Assembly: GCA_001643675.2 (NCBI GenBank)
Contig: LSRY02000011.1
Coordinates: forward strand, 682,001-746,000
DNA: 64,000 nt
Reading direction: 5' to 3'
Origin: Monocercomonoides exilis PA203
Lineage: Eukaryota > Protista > Preaxostyla
The notes under the pieces are model-generated. The model was given only the letters and a program-made list of their open reading frames with translations. It did no database searches and was not told the origin of the DNA. Shown one piece after another: positions 32,735 through 46,900 of this stretch (the first letter of the stretch is position 1; each line of letters begins with the position of its first letter). A program made the position numbers and the translations under genes.

Positions 32735-35700
32735 ATGCTGATAGAATATAAAATAAAAGAATTGGTGGAGAAGTTATTTGCTTTTTTAGAAAGTTCTGAG
32801 TGCAGTTGCAAAGAGCTAGAAAGAATAATGAAAGAATCATTGCTTTGCGTTGTTATTCAGGGAATACCTCATATGCCATATTCTGAACAGATTTTAATGC
32901 TTGCTGCAAATCAAGTAGGAGCTTCTCCAAGGCTGCAAGGACTTTTATTTTTGCTTTACAGCGAGCTTATTAGGAATCGATTCTTTCTTATTGAACCGTT
33001 GGTTCCAGTGGAAATTTCAGTTCACATGCACGCAATGGTGCTTGAAGTGCGTAGGGAAGACATTTCTGTCGTGTGCCCAGTTTTAATTTCTCTTCGAAAT
33101 GTTCTGCTCTGCGGAGCGTCAAATTCTATTAATGATACAATTCAAACTTTCGGTGCGAGAGCTCACTCTTACTCGAAAGATCTTGAGTTAATTTCGGATA
33201 TTGCCTCAGATCTTATACTCACATGTGCTGCAGATTCACTTCCAGTGTTTGTTGGGATTGGAATTCTTCAGCAAATAACAAGATCATATCGAGAGGTACG
33301 AACAATGATAAGGAGACACAAACAAGCCGCTCAACTTTTTACAGCAATTATTGCGTTGGTATCGAGCAGCAATGCAATAGTGTCCATTGAAGGAAGTTCG
33401 ATTGTTGTGGCACTTGCCCACTCTGATAGCTGGGTGGAGGCAGAAATGTTAACCACATCAAATGTGATGCTGATGATACATCAGATCATAAAGTTTCTAG
33501 TAGATACTTTTCAGATGCGACATTGCTGTAGTATGATGGAATTTGATAATTTATATAATAGTAAAGAAAGAGATAGTGATAACGAAGCAGGCGGTACATA
33601 TCTCAATGCTTCTGAATGGAATGCAAGCAGTAGAAAGAGTGGAGATAGCAACACTTACAGAAGAAAGAGAGAAAGCCAGAAGAGCTCCCATAAAATGATT
33701 CACAGAAACACGAAGAGCCGAGGGCGGATGATGGAGGAGCTGTGCTTGCAGTTCGTGGAACGTCATCAGTATGTCGACGGGGTTGCATTAGCATGCACCT
33801 GCTTGATGGACTTGCTGCGTCTAAGCAGGCCCATCCGCGTGGAAGGGTCAGAGGCAAAGGTGAAGATTGGGGACTATCTGAGCAATGAGCCGCGATTTAT
33901 GCAGCTTCTGTCTTTGCTGTGGCAGACTGCGGGCAACTTCAGGTGCTTGACAGATCGAATCCCTGAAGAGGTTGAGAGCCAGTTTGAGACAGATGACATG
34001 ATTGAAGAGCGGACCATCCTGTTTTCTCTGCTGAGAGAGCTGCTGTGCGGAGAGGAAGAAGTGGATACAGAGAGCGGAAGCTTTGGTGGGCATACTGAAG
34101 ATTATTCAGGGGTTCAGAATCAAGGAAAAACGATGCGAAGAAGAGGGTGGTGGTGCGATTGCGCAAGAGACAGCTTGTTTTTTGATATTGCGCTTCCTCC
34201 ACAACAGCCAGAAGAAAGCAAATTGTTGGAAAGCGCAAAGATGAAAAACGAAAGGTTTTTTATATCTTTTTTTTTAAAAAAAAGCAATTTTCATTTTTTA
34301 TTCAAAAATAATTCTTTTATTTTTTATTTTTTTGGATTTTATGGATTTTATTGATAAATGTTGGATTTCTAAGTCATTTACAAGAAATCCACGTGGATGC
34401 AGAAGAAGACACAGATTCAGACGACTCCTCTTCGGACGAGTCGCTTTCAGAAAGAGAACTGACGATTGTTTCTGGAAGCAGATCGATGGAGCTGCTCGAT
34501 CCATTTGTGGAAGAACAGAAAAGAAAGATGCGGCGCAGAAACAAAGCAGCAAGACAAGGAAAGAGAAGATACGGTAGCGATGATAATGATGATGATGATA
34601 AAAATTATTTCCGTCCATCATCATCAACATATACTTCTTCTTCTTCCACATTTTCTTCTTCCCCCTTTTCTTCTTCTTCTTCAACCTCAGCCTCCTCTGC
34701 TTCCTCTGCTCTTACAACCAAGCGAATGACAGAACCAACATATCACATAAAGCGTATGGATGCTCTTCCAATTGTGCACGGAAACCCAGACAGCTACGCC
34801 GTTCGCCTTATCTCCATCCTTCTTCGCGATGCGTCGCCGTCTTTGCTCACTCAAGCAGTGCTCAGTTCTTCTTCTTCTTCTTCTTCTTCTTCTTCTGCAG
34901 CAGCTCCTCAGACACTCGAAGGTTTGATAAAAGAATGAGAGGGCTATTATTGCTATTTTTTTTCCCCGTTCATTTTCATTTACAATGTTTTCTTTCTCAT
35001 TTAAATATATTTTTTCCCACAAATATTTTGTTCAACATATTTATTTATTCATATTCCATTTTTTTTTTGTTTTTTCGAATAAACTCATTTTTCTTCCACA
35101 ACCACACAAAAAGGTTTTTCACCACTCATCTTCACATCTCCTCTTTCCCCCGATGCCACAACACCCCCCACCCGCTTCTTGCCCCACTGGAAAACCCGAC
35201 GCCACTTAGCTTCTTCTTCCTCTCTGCTGGGCGCGATCATATCAGTCGGTAGAGAAAGCTCCTTCCGCCTTGTGCTCGAAGAGGCGCTTCTTCTGGGCGG
35301 AGTAGCGACGAGTGAGGAGACCGTGGTGACAGAAAGTGTGATGGGGGTGATTGAGGTGCTGATGGAGCGGCTGCAGCATGTTGTGGCGCTGCCTTTGCAG
35401 GCGCTGGAGGACTGGATGGACATGATAGAGATGAGTGCGAAGGAAGGTGGAGGGGTTGAAATGAATGGGGAGAGGGAGAAAGGGAAAGAGGAGAAAGAAG
35501 AAGGGATAGAAGAAGAATACATCACTGATGATGATGATGATGATGATAGAGAAAGAAGCGAAGAAGAAGAACAATTTGTTGGTAAATCACCAGACGGATC
35601 CAAAAGAGGAGGAGCTTCATTCAAAAAAACCCCAAAAACTCGCCAAAATTCAATCCACAGAGCAAAAGGAGTGAAAGACAACACAACCTCTTCTCTTAAC

Positions 35701-37638
35701 AAAGCTCGCTCTGCAGACAAACCACCATTTTCTTCGCCCTTTAAAACACCCTCGCAAACGATGAGGATGACAGCTGTTCCAAGAATGATTGACGATGTTG
35801 ACAGGGCCATCCAGGAAGAGTATGCGCCGATGTTGTATTCGCCTTTCAAAAGATATCCCTTTGGCGGTGAAGTCGATGCGAAGCATTCATCATCATCAAC
35901 AACATCATCTTCCTCTTCCTCTTCTTCTTCATCTTCTTCTCATTCTCATTCACATTCTCCTCTTTCCTCCTCTCCTCAGAAGCTTCGCCCTTCCATTTCC
36001 ATTCACAGACACCCCTGCCGACAGTGCGCTGCCTGCCCTCCCCCCAAACCTCCCCCAAAAGTGCCTCACAAATCTTCCTATCGAATTCCTGTCTCAAGCT
36101 TTCCCAATACAACTCCTGCTTCTTCTTCTTCTTCTTCTTCCTCTTCCTCTTCCTCTTCTTCTTCAACTCCTTCCACTTTCTCCTCTATTTTTTCTCCTTT
36201 GGCCAGTCGCAGTGCAACAGAGGCAGGATCATCCACGTCATTTCAGCCATTTGCCGAGTCGGAGCTTCAGACAACATACAGCTACGACCAGAGATTGAGC
36301 GTGAATCAAGCTTATGGCTCTTCTTCCATTTCACATTCTTCTTCTTCTTCTTCTGGTTCTAATTCAATTTATTTCATTCCACCTCACATTCGACATCTTC
36401 CCCCTTCGTTTCTGACAGCCATCGTCAACTACGTTCCAAAAACAACTCTTTTGTCTTCGCTTTCTCTATCTACACAGCCAATCTCTATTTCATCATCATC
36501 ATCATCTTCTTCTTCCTCCTCTTCCTCCTCCTACCTCGACCCTCTCTCTCGCAAGCATTCCATTTCACCCTCTGTCCTTCTCTGTCTCTCCTCCTTCTCT
36601 TCATGCTCCCTCATCACCACCGGAACAGTGCAGCGTGACCTTCGCTATCTTTTGCGACTGATCATCGACGTCTGCTCTCTTTCCCAGCCGCTCAGCCAAA
36701 CATTCGCACGCTTCATCTCACTCCACGATGTCATGGCACATTTAGAGCGGTTCCTCGGAAAAGTGACAAAAGCGGTGTCTGCTAATGACATGAAGCCATT
36801 CACTGCGTCGCTTATGTCAGTTTATTCTCCTTCTCTTCATACAACACACTTCAGAGATTCTGGTGTCAATTCACATTTTTCTTCTTCTTCTTCTTCCTCT
36901 TCTCCTTTTTCTTCTTCCTCCTTCTCCTCCTCTTCTTCTTCTCCATTCAATTCCACCACAACACCCTTCTCTTCTTCATTCACCCACTCCCAGCCGTCTG
37001 TGGCTGACTGGTATATCTGTGCTCTTTTAGGTTTTATTCTGGCAGTGGCTGACTGGTCGAGGTTTAATCCCTGTCTGTTTCCAGACATAGACGCTGAAGA
37101 AGAACCCATTCGAAGCGAAATGGAGAGGAGATACCGGAGTGACCAGGAGAGGAGAGAGATGCTGATTGGGAAGGAGATTCGAAGGGAGGAAAGAGAAGAA
37201 AGCAGAAGAGGGCTGGCATTTGGCGAGTCGTATGACAAAATCAGAAGCCAAAGAGAGCAAACAATACGTTCATTTGAGCAATCACTGAGGGATGAAGAGC
37301 TGTTCAGGATGCAGCAGATGCAAAGGGAAAAAGAAGAGGCCGAAGAAAGAATGAGGCTGAGCGAAGGGAAATGCCCTTGCCGCCGGCATCTTCTTCGCGC
37401 CATCCACAAACTGATGATTCGTCATGAGTTAAGAATTCAGCAAGCTGTTAAAAATGTGACTGGAGAATCATTTAATTTATTTGACAATGGGCTCAAACAA
37501 ACAATAAAACCATCTTCCTATTCTTCTCCAACAACTTCAACGAAACGATTCGTTTCGAGCACTGCAACACCTTCTTATGTTAGGCCTTTTATTGAACAAT
37601 TTACTCATCTTCAATCACCTCTTCGCTTTAGCCAGTGA
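32735..37638 (+). CDS. Large hypothetical protein, helical (ARM/HEAT-like) N-terminus with poly-Ser inserts; exons 32735-34254, 34374-34921, 35210-37638; 1498 aa
   Basis: Three long ORFs join in frame across AT-rich GT-AG introns 34255-34373 and 34922-35209. Summed length 4497 nt is divisible by 3. Confidence 0.75.
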
Positions 37639-37768
37639 ATGGATGATATTCGTAATTTAATTTTGTACTCTTTGTTTTATTGTTTGAAAATTCTTTTGTT
37701 AAATGATTATTTTCTTGTAAAATAAAAACTTGAAATTTATTGGTTAAACATGAACCATTCTTTTTTTG

Positions 37769-40700
37769 ATGAATCCAAAAACACTTCATTTTCAAGTTGT
37801 TTCATGGTCATCAGAAGATCCATCGCGCCCCGCTGCAAGTTTAAATAATAGAGATCCGAAAAATGCAGGATGGCAATCCATAAAGTTTGTGTATTTGAAA
37901 CATATTCAGAAATGACTTATTTTACAAAATTATTACTATTTATCAAGAGATGGATCATTTCCACAAGAAATAATACTTCAATTAAACGATGGGCTTTGCT
38001 TTATTTCGACAATTCAAATTCTTGTTCATGAATACAAAGTTCCTTCATCAATTGAAATTTGTGTTGGAACAACCTTTGACGGAAGCCCGGCGTATGCCCC
38101 AAGCACAGTAAAATTTACATCATTAGGGTATGGTATTTTTTGGTTTATTTTCAGAAAGATTATTGGTGATTGTTTCTTTACCAATCAGAAAGACCTCTTT
38201 GAGTAATAGTTATTCAAGTAACTTTGAGTACTGCGAATTAAAATCGTTTACAATAGAGTCTTATGCTCAAATGGTGAAGTTTATTTTTGAAAAGCCTTAC
38301 GAAAACGAGCTGAATATTTCAAAACAAGTGGGTTTAAGAGGAGTGAAAATTTTGGGTGTGACAATGTCTTCAATCGAGCAAAGACAATATCAAGCGCTTT
38401 TACAAGAAAACAGAAGTAAATCATCATCAAAAGCTTCGTCATCCCCAATTCCAACATCGTTGTCATCATCACCTTCGACAGCAGTTTTGAAAGGCGTTCC
38501 AAATCTCCAGGAAAAAGCATTAAGTCAGCTTTCTGCAACATCCTCTGGTGCCCAAATCAAAGCTGAAGGAGACGCTGAAGGTATAATGGAGCAATTGCAG
38601 CTTATGAAAGAAGAAGGGTACGATGGACTGACTGCAAAGCAAGTACTGAACTATACCCAGCTGAAGGATCAAAGTGTTATGAGGGATGATTTTGACTCTG
38701 CGAAGAAGTACAGCGAAGTCATTGGCCGCTTCAAAGCGAAGAAGATCGAGCTCGCAGACAAAGAAAGGCGGAAGTTCACGTGTGTTGTGTCGGAGAATTA
38801 CACACAGGCTGCCAAAATAAAGAAAGAAATAGAGGCTCTTCGGCTTTGGTGCGAAACGGGAGGCGAGCTGGCAGATAAAATGAAGGAGATCGAAGCAGAA
38901 AAAATGAATAACAAAGCACCAGAGATTCCAAAGAAGCCCATCGAAGAAAAAATGAATGCTGCAGAGGAAGGAAATAGAGAAGTTGTCAATGAAAAAGAAG
39001 AGCAAGAAAGAAAAACCTTTCCTCCACCAGTTGTTCTCAGTCCATTTAAGTCAAGCGAAGATCGGGCCATTCCAGGAAAAGGCTCAAGCAGCTACACTTT
39101 CAATGAAAGCGACCCGTTCAACACTTCCTCGCAACGCGGCAAGATGCCTCACTTTCCTTCTTCTTCTCCTTCTTCACCTTCTTCTTCATCCTCCTCCTCT
39201 TCCTCCTCCTCTTCTTCTAACCCTTCTTCAACACTCACGCTGGAGCAGCGGGACCAGTTTTCCGAGATCATCGGGCTGATTGGCGAAGAGGAAATCGCTT
39301 CTGTGTTTTCCTCACAGTGGTTGGAGCGGAGCAGCGGATACGGGCAGATTGCAGATCTAATCGAGCAGGAAGAAAAACGATGGAAGCAGGAAACAGTCCA
39401 ATTTAGACCAAAGAACAGCTCAAGAGGAAGTCTTCGCTCTGCCTCGTCTTCTTACTCAAAGAGCACTGTTGATGATGAAATGGAAAGCGGGCGAAAGGGG
39501 TCGGGTACGTTTGCAACGAGGTCAGAAAAGGAGCTGGAGAAGCGGAAAATCGAGCGCGGGACAGCGTTCAGCTCCGCCTGCACGACGCTATTTTCAGCTG
39601 TTCTGCTGAAGGAGACGCACCCGGCAGTCATCTGTGCGATTATTGAGGCTGTTTATATGCTGATCCATTTCCTGGACTCTCTGCCGCCGAAACAGGAGGA
39701 TCAAATAGGGGGATGCGATCAATCTACTTACCCACACACTCCAGAGTCTCGTTTCCCGCCTTCTTCTGCGCTTTCTATGCGCTCGTCCCGCTCAGCCGCA
39801 CCGAATCACAGGCAATACCAGGAGATGTTCGAGGCTGCCACACAGAAGCTGATGCCGCTTGTGTTTTCGTTCTTCGGTCATGTGGCGAAAAAAGTGATCG
39901 ACAAACTGGACCAGTTTGCGAAGAAGTGTGCGGTGCTGCCGTCGATTGGCATTGAGTGTGTCTCGTTTATGCTCTTTCTGAGCGACCCAGCGGATTCTGA
40001 GGCTGAAGGCGCAGATGGCGCAGATGGCGCAGAAGGCAGAAGAGAGGCAAAAAATGCTAAAGTTGCAAAGGGAAGCGAGCCGAAGAGTGTGCAGCTGATG
40101 CCGAAGAAGAAGAAGATCGAAAAAGCGAAAGAAGAACAGGGAAGCAAAGGAAGCAGCAAAGAAAGTGCCTTTCTCACTCCAAAAGTGGGCGATCCGATGA
40201 AAGTGCAAATGGAGAAGCTGAAGTTGGTTTCGGAGATGATCGACAACGAGAACGATTACAGTGGAGTCCTTCCTTTGAAGCTGATACTGGCGTATTCGTT
40301 GAACTCGGTACAGGTGGCGAATCCGGTTGTGAGAAAAAGCGCGATCGAAGTGATTGGTTTGTATATAAACATTTCTTAAAGTTCTGAATGGTTGAATTCA
40401 ATTTGATATTACACTTATTTTAGTGTTTATTTATCATTATTTATTTATTTATCAATTTTTATTTTATTTTATTTTATTTCTTTATTTATTATTCTTTTAT
40501 AATTACAGTAAAAATCCATAAGCGCCTTCCAGAATATGCTGATGCTCAGATAAAAGAAGCTAATCTTCCACAAAACATTCAGAAATCAATTGAAGAGAAA
40601 CTGGAAGCTCTGCAAAAGCGATCAAAGCTCTCGAAATCTTCTGTAAAGCTGTCAAATTCACCTTCCTCAGCACAAAAAGAAGCAGAAAAGGAAGCAAAAG

Positions 40701-41233
40701 ATACAGCAACCAAAGATAACACAAAAATGTCTGAGAAAGATGAGGAAAACATCAAAGAACGTCAAAAGAGCAAAGAAGAGGAAAACGAAAAAGGCAAAGA
40801 AGAAGAAGAAGAAAAAGAAGAAGACGATGACGACTATTCGTTCTGTGAGTTCTGTGGTGCGATGAATGCCTCGTGGGCACACAATCAGAAACTCCTCCTC
40901 GAGCACCAGCAAAGAGAATGCCCGATGCTATTTCAATGTCTTCTGTGCGAAGAGATCGTCCAGATCCAGTATCTCGTCGAGCACCGCCTGGAGGACTGCC
41001 CCATGCGCCAGTACTATCAGGAGTGCCCCAAGTGCAGAGAGGCCGTCCTCCTCACCCAGTTCGACGACCACGTGTCAAAGGGAAAATGCCACCAGGCAAA
41101 AGATCCTGATCAGTTTGACAGATGCCCGCTGTGCCACCTCGACTTGCCGCACTCGCAGCAGTCGTGGCTTAAACACCTCGCATTTCCCCCGGGTTGCTTG
41201 GTTAATCCGCGCACACGAGGGAAATGGTCGTAA
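37769..41233 (+). CDS. CEP104: Centrosomal/ciliary tip protein CEP104 (FAP256); exons 37769-37884, 37948-38127, 38189-40356, 40509-41233; 1062 aa
   Basis: N-terminal jelly-roll motifs (SWSSED, GWQS, FPQEIILQL, IQILVHEYKVPSSIE, ELKS, QVGL), coiled coil, TOG-like region, and C-terminal zinc-finger array (CEFCG..CPMLFQCLLC..EH..DC..CPKC..H..C..RCPLCH..WLKHL..GC..NPR). Confidence 0.93.
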
Positions 41234-43853
41234 AGGTTGACACGAATGGAGAAATATAAAAATTCACTTCAAATCTAAATATTGGATTTTCGTGCTTGAC
41301 TACATTTCATTGCTTCATATAATCGAAATATTAGTTTGTTAAATCATTTTCTTTAAAGTTGATTGTAAAATTTTCATTGAGTTTCCTTTTATTGTTCGTA
41401 ATTCTTTGTTTCAATTTTTGAGCTTGAGCCCATTCTCAATTTTTTTCTGTGAGAAATAAGACCAGTTCTCATGTATTTTTATTGCATTTCATTGTTCCAT
41501 TGAAAGTGTTGCAAAAACAGATAAGAACACTAATATACCAAAAATTTATTTGAGTTTAAAATGAAAGAAAACTTATTTGCACAGCTAATGTTCATTTTTC
41601 GTAAAAAATGTTTGTTTGAAATCTAGTTTCTCGTTCAATTCCGAAAACAAGACGAAACATATCTAATCACAAAACAAGGCGATGGATTCACATCTTCCTT
41701 ACAAACTACAAACAACATCTCTCGAAGAATTAGTTATTTTTGTGTCGTAAAATTTAAGCAATTTTTGAATAATTCTCGCATAGATTAAGAAACTGTCGAT
41801 TTTCATTTACAATGAATGCGAGGGAAATTTAAGTAAAATTGAAAAAAAAAGAACATATTTTTGTTAAAGATTGTTATTTTTTCATTTTTCTAAAGTTGAC
41901 TTGATAGAATTATTGTTCAAAGGGAAGTCTAATATAAGTCAAGAATCCATTAATAAATAACTTCATAAGCAACTTCCAATGCAAATGAGCAAGTTAGAAC
42001 TTTTATAAAAAAACAAAAACGAAAAATAAAATCGAAATATTGATCTATTATGTAATAATTATTATTCATCAAGAAAACAGAAACAAAATCAATTTGTATT
42101 TTCATTATAACAACTTTAAAAAATAAAGCAAACACATTCTCAACTTAGGCTTATCTTTATTTCTTTTGTTAACAATAAACATTCGCATTTGGTAAAAAAT
42201 TGAACAGAAAAAAGAACGATATTTGAAAAAATTGTTATTTTGATTAAACAAACTTCATGTGAAGAAAAAATCATCCTCAAGAAACATTTTTGCTAAATCA
42301 ATTCATCATTGTCTTGTTAACGTTAAATTTAATCTTTTAACTCTGTTTAATTGCTCTTTTAACAAATGATTTCATTTCTTCAAACTCAAAAAGAAATAAA
42401 TATTGGTTCTCTTAAATTTTTGTTTCTCTAAAATATCGATAAGAAACAAAGTAGACTCTTCTTTAAAAATTGATTTGGATTCACATGAAGTTGATCTCTT
42501 GTTTTTGAAATCATATTTTGAGATAGTTTCCCTTTCGTCTTGAATTTAATTCACAAAAATTCTTTTGCATATAATTCAACTCAAATGTAATGAAACACTA
42601 TTTTTTCGAGAGTAGTTCTCTGCATTGGACGAATAAAAATATTTCCGCTTATAATGGCACTCTTTTTTCAATCGTTGTTGGTAATTCCTTTGAAGAACAT
42701 AAGAAAACTTATAAAAGCATTTTGACTATAAATGCCTTCAAATTCGATAAAAGATCGGAGTATTATATAAAGCCTTCTTATGACATGACAAATATTCAAA
42801 AATGATGAACAACGTCAAATTATGGAATGCAATCACTTGTTCAACAAATAAATAATTTTCTTTTTATAAGATCAACAAGTATTTTAATCTGTTCCTATTT
42901 CGCAATTGACTTGTCAATTTTTGTTCGTGAATCATAATTTTTGTTTCTTGCTTCCTTGTTGTGATTTTTCCTTTTTGTTTATCACATCTCTGATGAAAAT
43001 AGTGAATGGTTATTGAGAGAAGAAGATGTTTTCTGTTTTTGTTTTAATGTCTTTTGTGAGTGAAATTATTGACTTTTCTTCTCTCAAATTGTGTATTTAG
43101 CGGTTTTGTGCTTGCTGCTTGTAAAAAAATGCTTTCACTTCTTTTTCAACAAATAGTTAAGAATAATCGCAAAAATTACAATTTTTCTATTAACAGCATC
43201 AAATTCAAACTAAAATGAAACGAAAGCGTGAAAAACAAAATAATGATAATGTCTTTGAAGAATGTTTGAAGTGCAATTTTCATAACTTTTGGATGATTGC
43301 ATTTTTTCCTCCAATTTTCATCCCGAACCGCCTTATGAATAATTAGACGATTTCCATTATCTTTTTTATAAGCATGAACGCATTACCTTAATTTCGAAAC
43401 GCTTGGAGAATGTTCAGAGATCCAAATTATTAAATTTCAGTTTCTTTTGGTTTGTAGCTTCTCACTTGCAAATTTTTCGATATACTGCAGTGAACATTTA
43501 ATGTTTCAGTAGATTGATCTCAAATAAATCTGTGAATGAAGCCTGCATCATTGGTAGGAAAGTGCACAAGATGATCTTCCTTGTATTTGGTAATATGATG
43601 TGTATCAATAGGAAAAATTAGAATGTACATTATTAATGCTATTTCTTATTGATCTTCCACATATTCTTGAGGTCGTTCAACCTGCATCTATGAATTTCAA
43701 AAAAATAACTGTTGCATTAGATAGATTATTGTGGGATTTTCTAAGAAATCTGAAGTATGGATCATAACTTTTAAAGTGTTTGTTTTTGACATACTTGTCT
43801 TCTTGAGATCTTTCAATTTTTGAACATTTATTTGGCAAATATATTGTTTTAGG

Positions 43854-45116
43854 ATGCTCAATTTACTCGTATTTTCACTGTTGTCATCTGCTTTTGCAGC
43901 AAACTGGGCGGTTTTAGTTGCCGGATCTGGTGGAATGATCAACTATCGCCATCAATCAGATGTCTTCCGCACATACAAGATCTTAACAAAGAATGGATTT
44001 GACCCTTCAAAAATCATCGTTATGGCCTATGATGATGTTGCTCATCATCGTGGAAATCCATTCCCAGAGCAAATCTTTAATGTTCCAGATGGACCTGATG
44101 TCTACATTGGAGCGGATAATATCGATTATAAAGCAGAAAATGTGACCGTGAGCAAATTCGTTGCTGTAATGACTGGAAATGCAACTGCTGCAGGTGGAAA
44201 AGTTCTTGAATCAACATCAAGTGACAATGTATTTCTTCTTTTCTCCGATCACGGATCAACCGGTCTGATTAGTTTCCCAACAGGTCCAGATATGTACGTT
44301 GATGAATTGCAAGATATGTTCTCGGAAATGTACAACAAGAGCATGTACAACAAAATGCTGGTTTATATGGAAACGTGCTATGCCGGATCAATGTTCAAAG
44401 ATATTATGCCAACAAATATGAGCATCTACATTGCAACAGCATCAGACTACAACGAATCTAGCTATGCCATGTATTGCGGAATTCGTAAATACAAGGTCTG
44501 CCTTTCTAATGAATTTACTCAAGGTTGGATGGAACAATCAGATACAGGAAATATGTCTGAAATCACTGTTGGAAATCAATTTGAGGTTGCCAAAAACTTC
44601 ACATTATCGAGCTATCCTCAAGAATATGGAGATACAACACTCAAGACTGATTTTATTGCTGAATATCAATCTGGGCCAATTCTTCCTCCAGAATTGAAAA
44701 CAATTCATCAAATGATTACCCCACCAATACGCAGACGTGAAGGTGGAAAGAGAGTTCGCCAGGAAGATGCTTATTTGTCATATTTGGAAACCGCAGCAGC
44801 TGAAGATCCATTCGGTGAAGAAGCAGTTGAGTATCATAAGCAAATTTTGATCAAGAAGAAAGAAGAGGCCCGTCGCGATGCAATCGCTTCTTTCTTTGGA
44901 ATGATCTTCCCAGATCCAAACTATGCTACCACTGCAACTAGTATTGATTTTAAATTGTTCCGTCGTGCCGTAACCACGTATCAATCTATCTGTGGAAGAT
45001 TGAATGAATTTTCTTATTGGTCAATTACAAGAATCTTGTCAAGAGCTGTTGCTGATAAAAAATTGACCAGCGAAAACTTTAGTGCTTTTGAGTCCCTTCT
45101 TCGCCAACTTGCCTAA
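43854..45116 (+). CDS. LGMN: Legumain / asparaginyl endopeptidase (peptidase C13), 420 aa, intronless
   Basis: Signal peptide, NWAVLVAGS, NYRHQSD, catalytic His in SDHG, catalytic Cys in ETCYAGSMF, ESSYA, C-terminal prodomain. Confidence 0.95.
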   Translation: MLNLLVFSLLSSAFAANWAVLVAGSGGMINYRHQSDVFRTYKILTKNGFDPSKIIVMAYDDVAHHRGNPFPEQIFNVPDGPDVYIGADNIDYKAENVTVSKFVAVMTGNATAAGGKVLESTSSDNVFLLFSDHGSTGLISFPTGPDMYVDELQDMFSEMYNKSMYNKMLVYMETCYAGSMFKDIMPTNMSIYIATASDYNESSYAMYCGIRKYKVCLSNEFTQGWMEQSDTGNMSEITVGNQFEVAKNFTLSSYPQEYGDTTLKTDFIAEYQSGPILPPELKTIHQMITPPIRRREGGKRVRQEDAYLSYLETAAAEDPFGEEAVEYHKQILIKKKEEARRDAIASFFGMIFPDPNYATTATSIDFKLFRRAVTTYQSICGRLNEFSYWSITRILSRAVADKKLTSENFSAFESLLRQLA

Positions 45117-45553
45117 ATTTTGACACGTATTTTTACAGCTTCATTTGTAAATGAAGTAATTTAAATTGGGTTTGATCTAACCTGAATCGGATGTTTTTTA
45201 AACCTATTTATTCTCTTATTTCTGCCCCACTCATTCGCAATTGGTGATTTTTGATTGCCTTTTGACTAATTGGATTTATTTATATTATTTTATTTGACCC
45301 TTATTTATTTGGTATCCAAATGTTTGGCAGCAACTTTTATTTTGTCGATTGTGTAAAAATAAATAAAGCTTTTAATTTTATTGATGATAGAACAATTTGT
45401 TTTTTGTTAAAAAGAAGTTTGTTCATTGAAAGAAAAACAATTATTATGACTTTTTGCATAATTATCTTTTGAAAAAACAATAAATTTTCACAAATTTGTG
45501 TAAAAATAAAGTTTGAACGTTTTAAAATTTGAACATTATTATTATTATTATTG

Positions 45554-46900
45554 TTTTGGGCAAGTGGAGCTGATCCTGGTATCAATTTGATCATTTCACA
45601 TAATGAAAAATAAAAATATGATGATTTTAATTGTTTTTGTTCTTTTTTCACTAATTTATGTTCGAAATGTTAAAAAAGATTGAACGGGAAAAGTATTCAA
45701 TTGATTCCATCCATTCAGTTGAATTTTCGCCATCGCTTACACTTAGAGAATCAGATTGCATAGTTATTGTACTTTCATCGGTGTCTGAATCCATTGAAAC
45801 TGTCTCATCTTCTGATTCTTCCAGGTTTGTGTATTTTTCTAATTCTTCTATGTATTCTGATTCTCGATATTTAACAAAGTTGCTGATAAGTTGATCAAAA
45901 GATATTTCATAATGTCTCAAATATATTGAAGACCAAATAAATTCCTCTAAGTCTTGGTATCGCGCTCCGGTTTTCGGCATTGAACGGCGAAGGTGTGACA
46001 ACGCTCCTTCTATTAAATTTGTTGTTTCACCATCTTCATTTTTGTATCCTTCAGAATGATTAACAACAAAATGAATGAAGCCAAAATGATTCAGTGTTCT
46101 GTATGCGCTCCGTCATCAGAAACAATTGTTGTTCCAGGTTTTATTTTTGAACAAATGAGTGGAATGAGATTATTTTTTGTTCTATTTTTTCAAAATGAGC
46201 AACCATTCTGTGTTTTCCATCGGTCTTTTTTCTTTCGATCGCGCCAAACAGCCAAATCGACTTTTTTTGTTTCCCTTATAATTAGAAAAAAAAATTAACA
46301 AAAAATTTTATTAAATCATCATGAAACCTCGATTATATTTTCTTTTGCTCCAAAATGATTCGTCATTTTCAACAACCTCGCCAATTCCCCCAATTGGTTG
46401 CTGATTTCGGAGAAAGATGGTAGATAATGTCCTTCTTATTGCTGTATAATAAATTGTTACAGTATGCCTATCTATTCCACACATCAAAGACGTTTGATGA
46501 ACCTCCAAATGGCACCAATAACTTAATTGAATCAACATGATATGATTTATTTTTAACTTTGAATCTTCAAAAACTGTGTTTTTTCGGATGGACCATCGTT
46601 TCTTACAAAATGAACATTTAAATCGACTGTGAATTTAATCCACTTTCAAAACATAAACATCCGAACCATCATCAGGGCATTTTTTAAAAGAGTCTATTTT
46701 CCTTCATGGAAACAACCATTCCGATGTTTCTTTTTCGTTTGCAGACATTTTCTGAAATGGCTGAATGCTTATTTTAGTCATGATCGTAAATTGCTGATGT
46801 TGAGCCATCTGAGTTGCTTAAGTGGAAAATATTTTGAATAATTTAAAACAATTTTAGGACAAGATCATCTGGTACCAGGATCTACTCCACATGCCCAAAA
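45554..46900 (-). mobile_element. Merlin-superfamily (IS1595/ISXO2-like) DNA transposon, about 1.35 kb, decayed
   Basis: Imperfect TIRs TTTTGGGCAAGTGGAGCTGATCCTGGTATCA (45554-45584) and the inverse at 46870-46900 (27/31) enclose a DDE transposase relic. No TSD found. Confidence 0.88.
45651..46808 (-). pseudogene. ISXO2-like DDE transposase with stops, frameshifts and a probable 53-nt intron (46275-46327)
   Basis: Zn-ribbon remnant (KCP...FKCSFCKKRWSIRKNTVFEDSKL), IGGIGEVVENDESFWSKRKYNRG, WLFGAIER, IKPGTTIVSD, HFVVNHSEG and TTNLIEG. Confidence 0.88.

Noticed and set aside
41300-43800. 2.5-kb gene-free spacer with short ORFs
   Set aside because: No motif, repeat or RNA structure that I could support.
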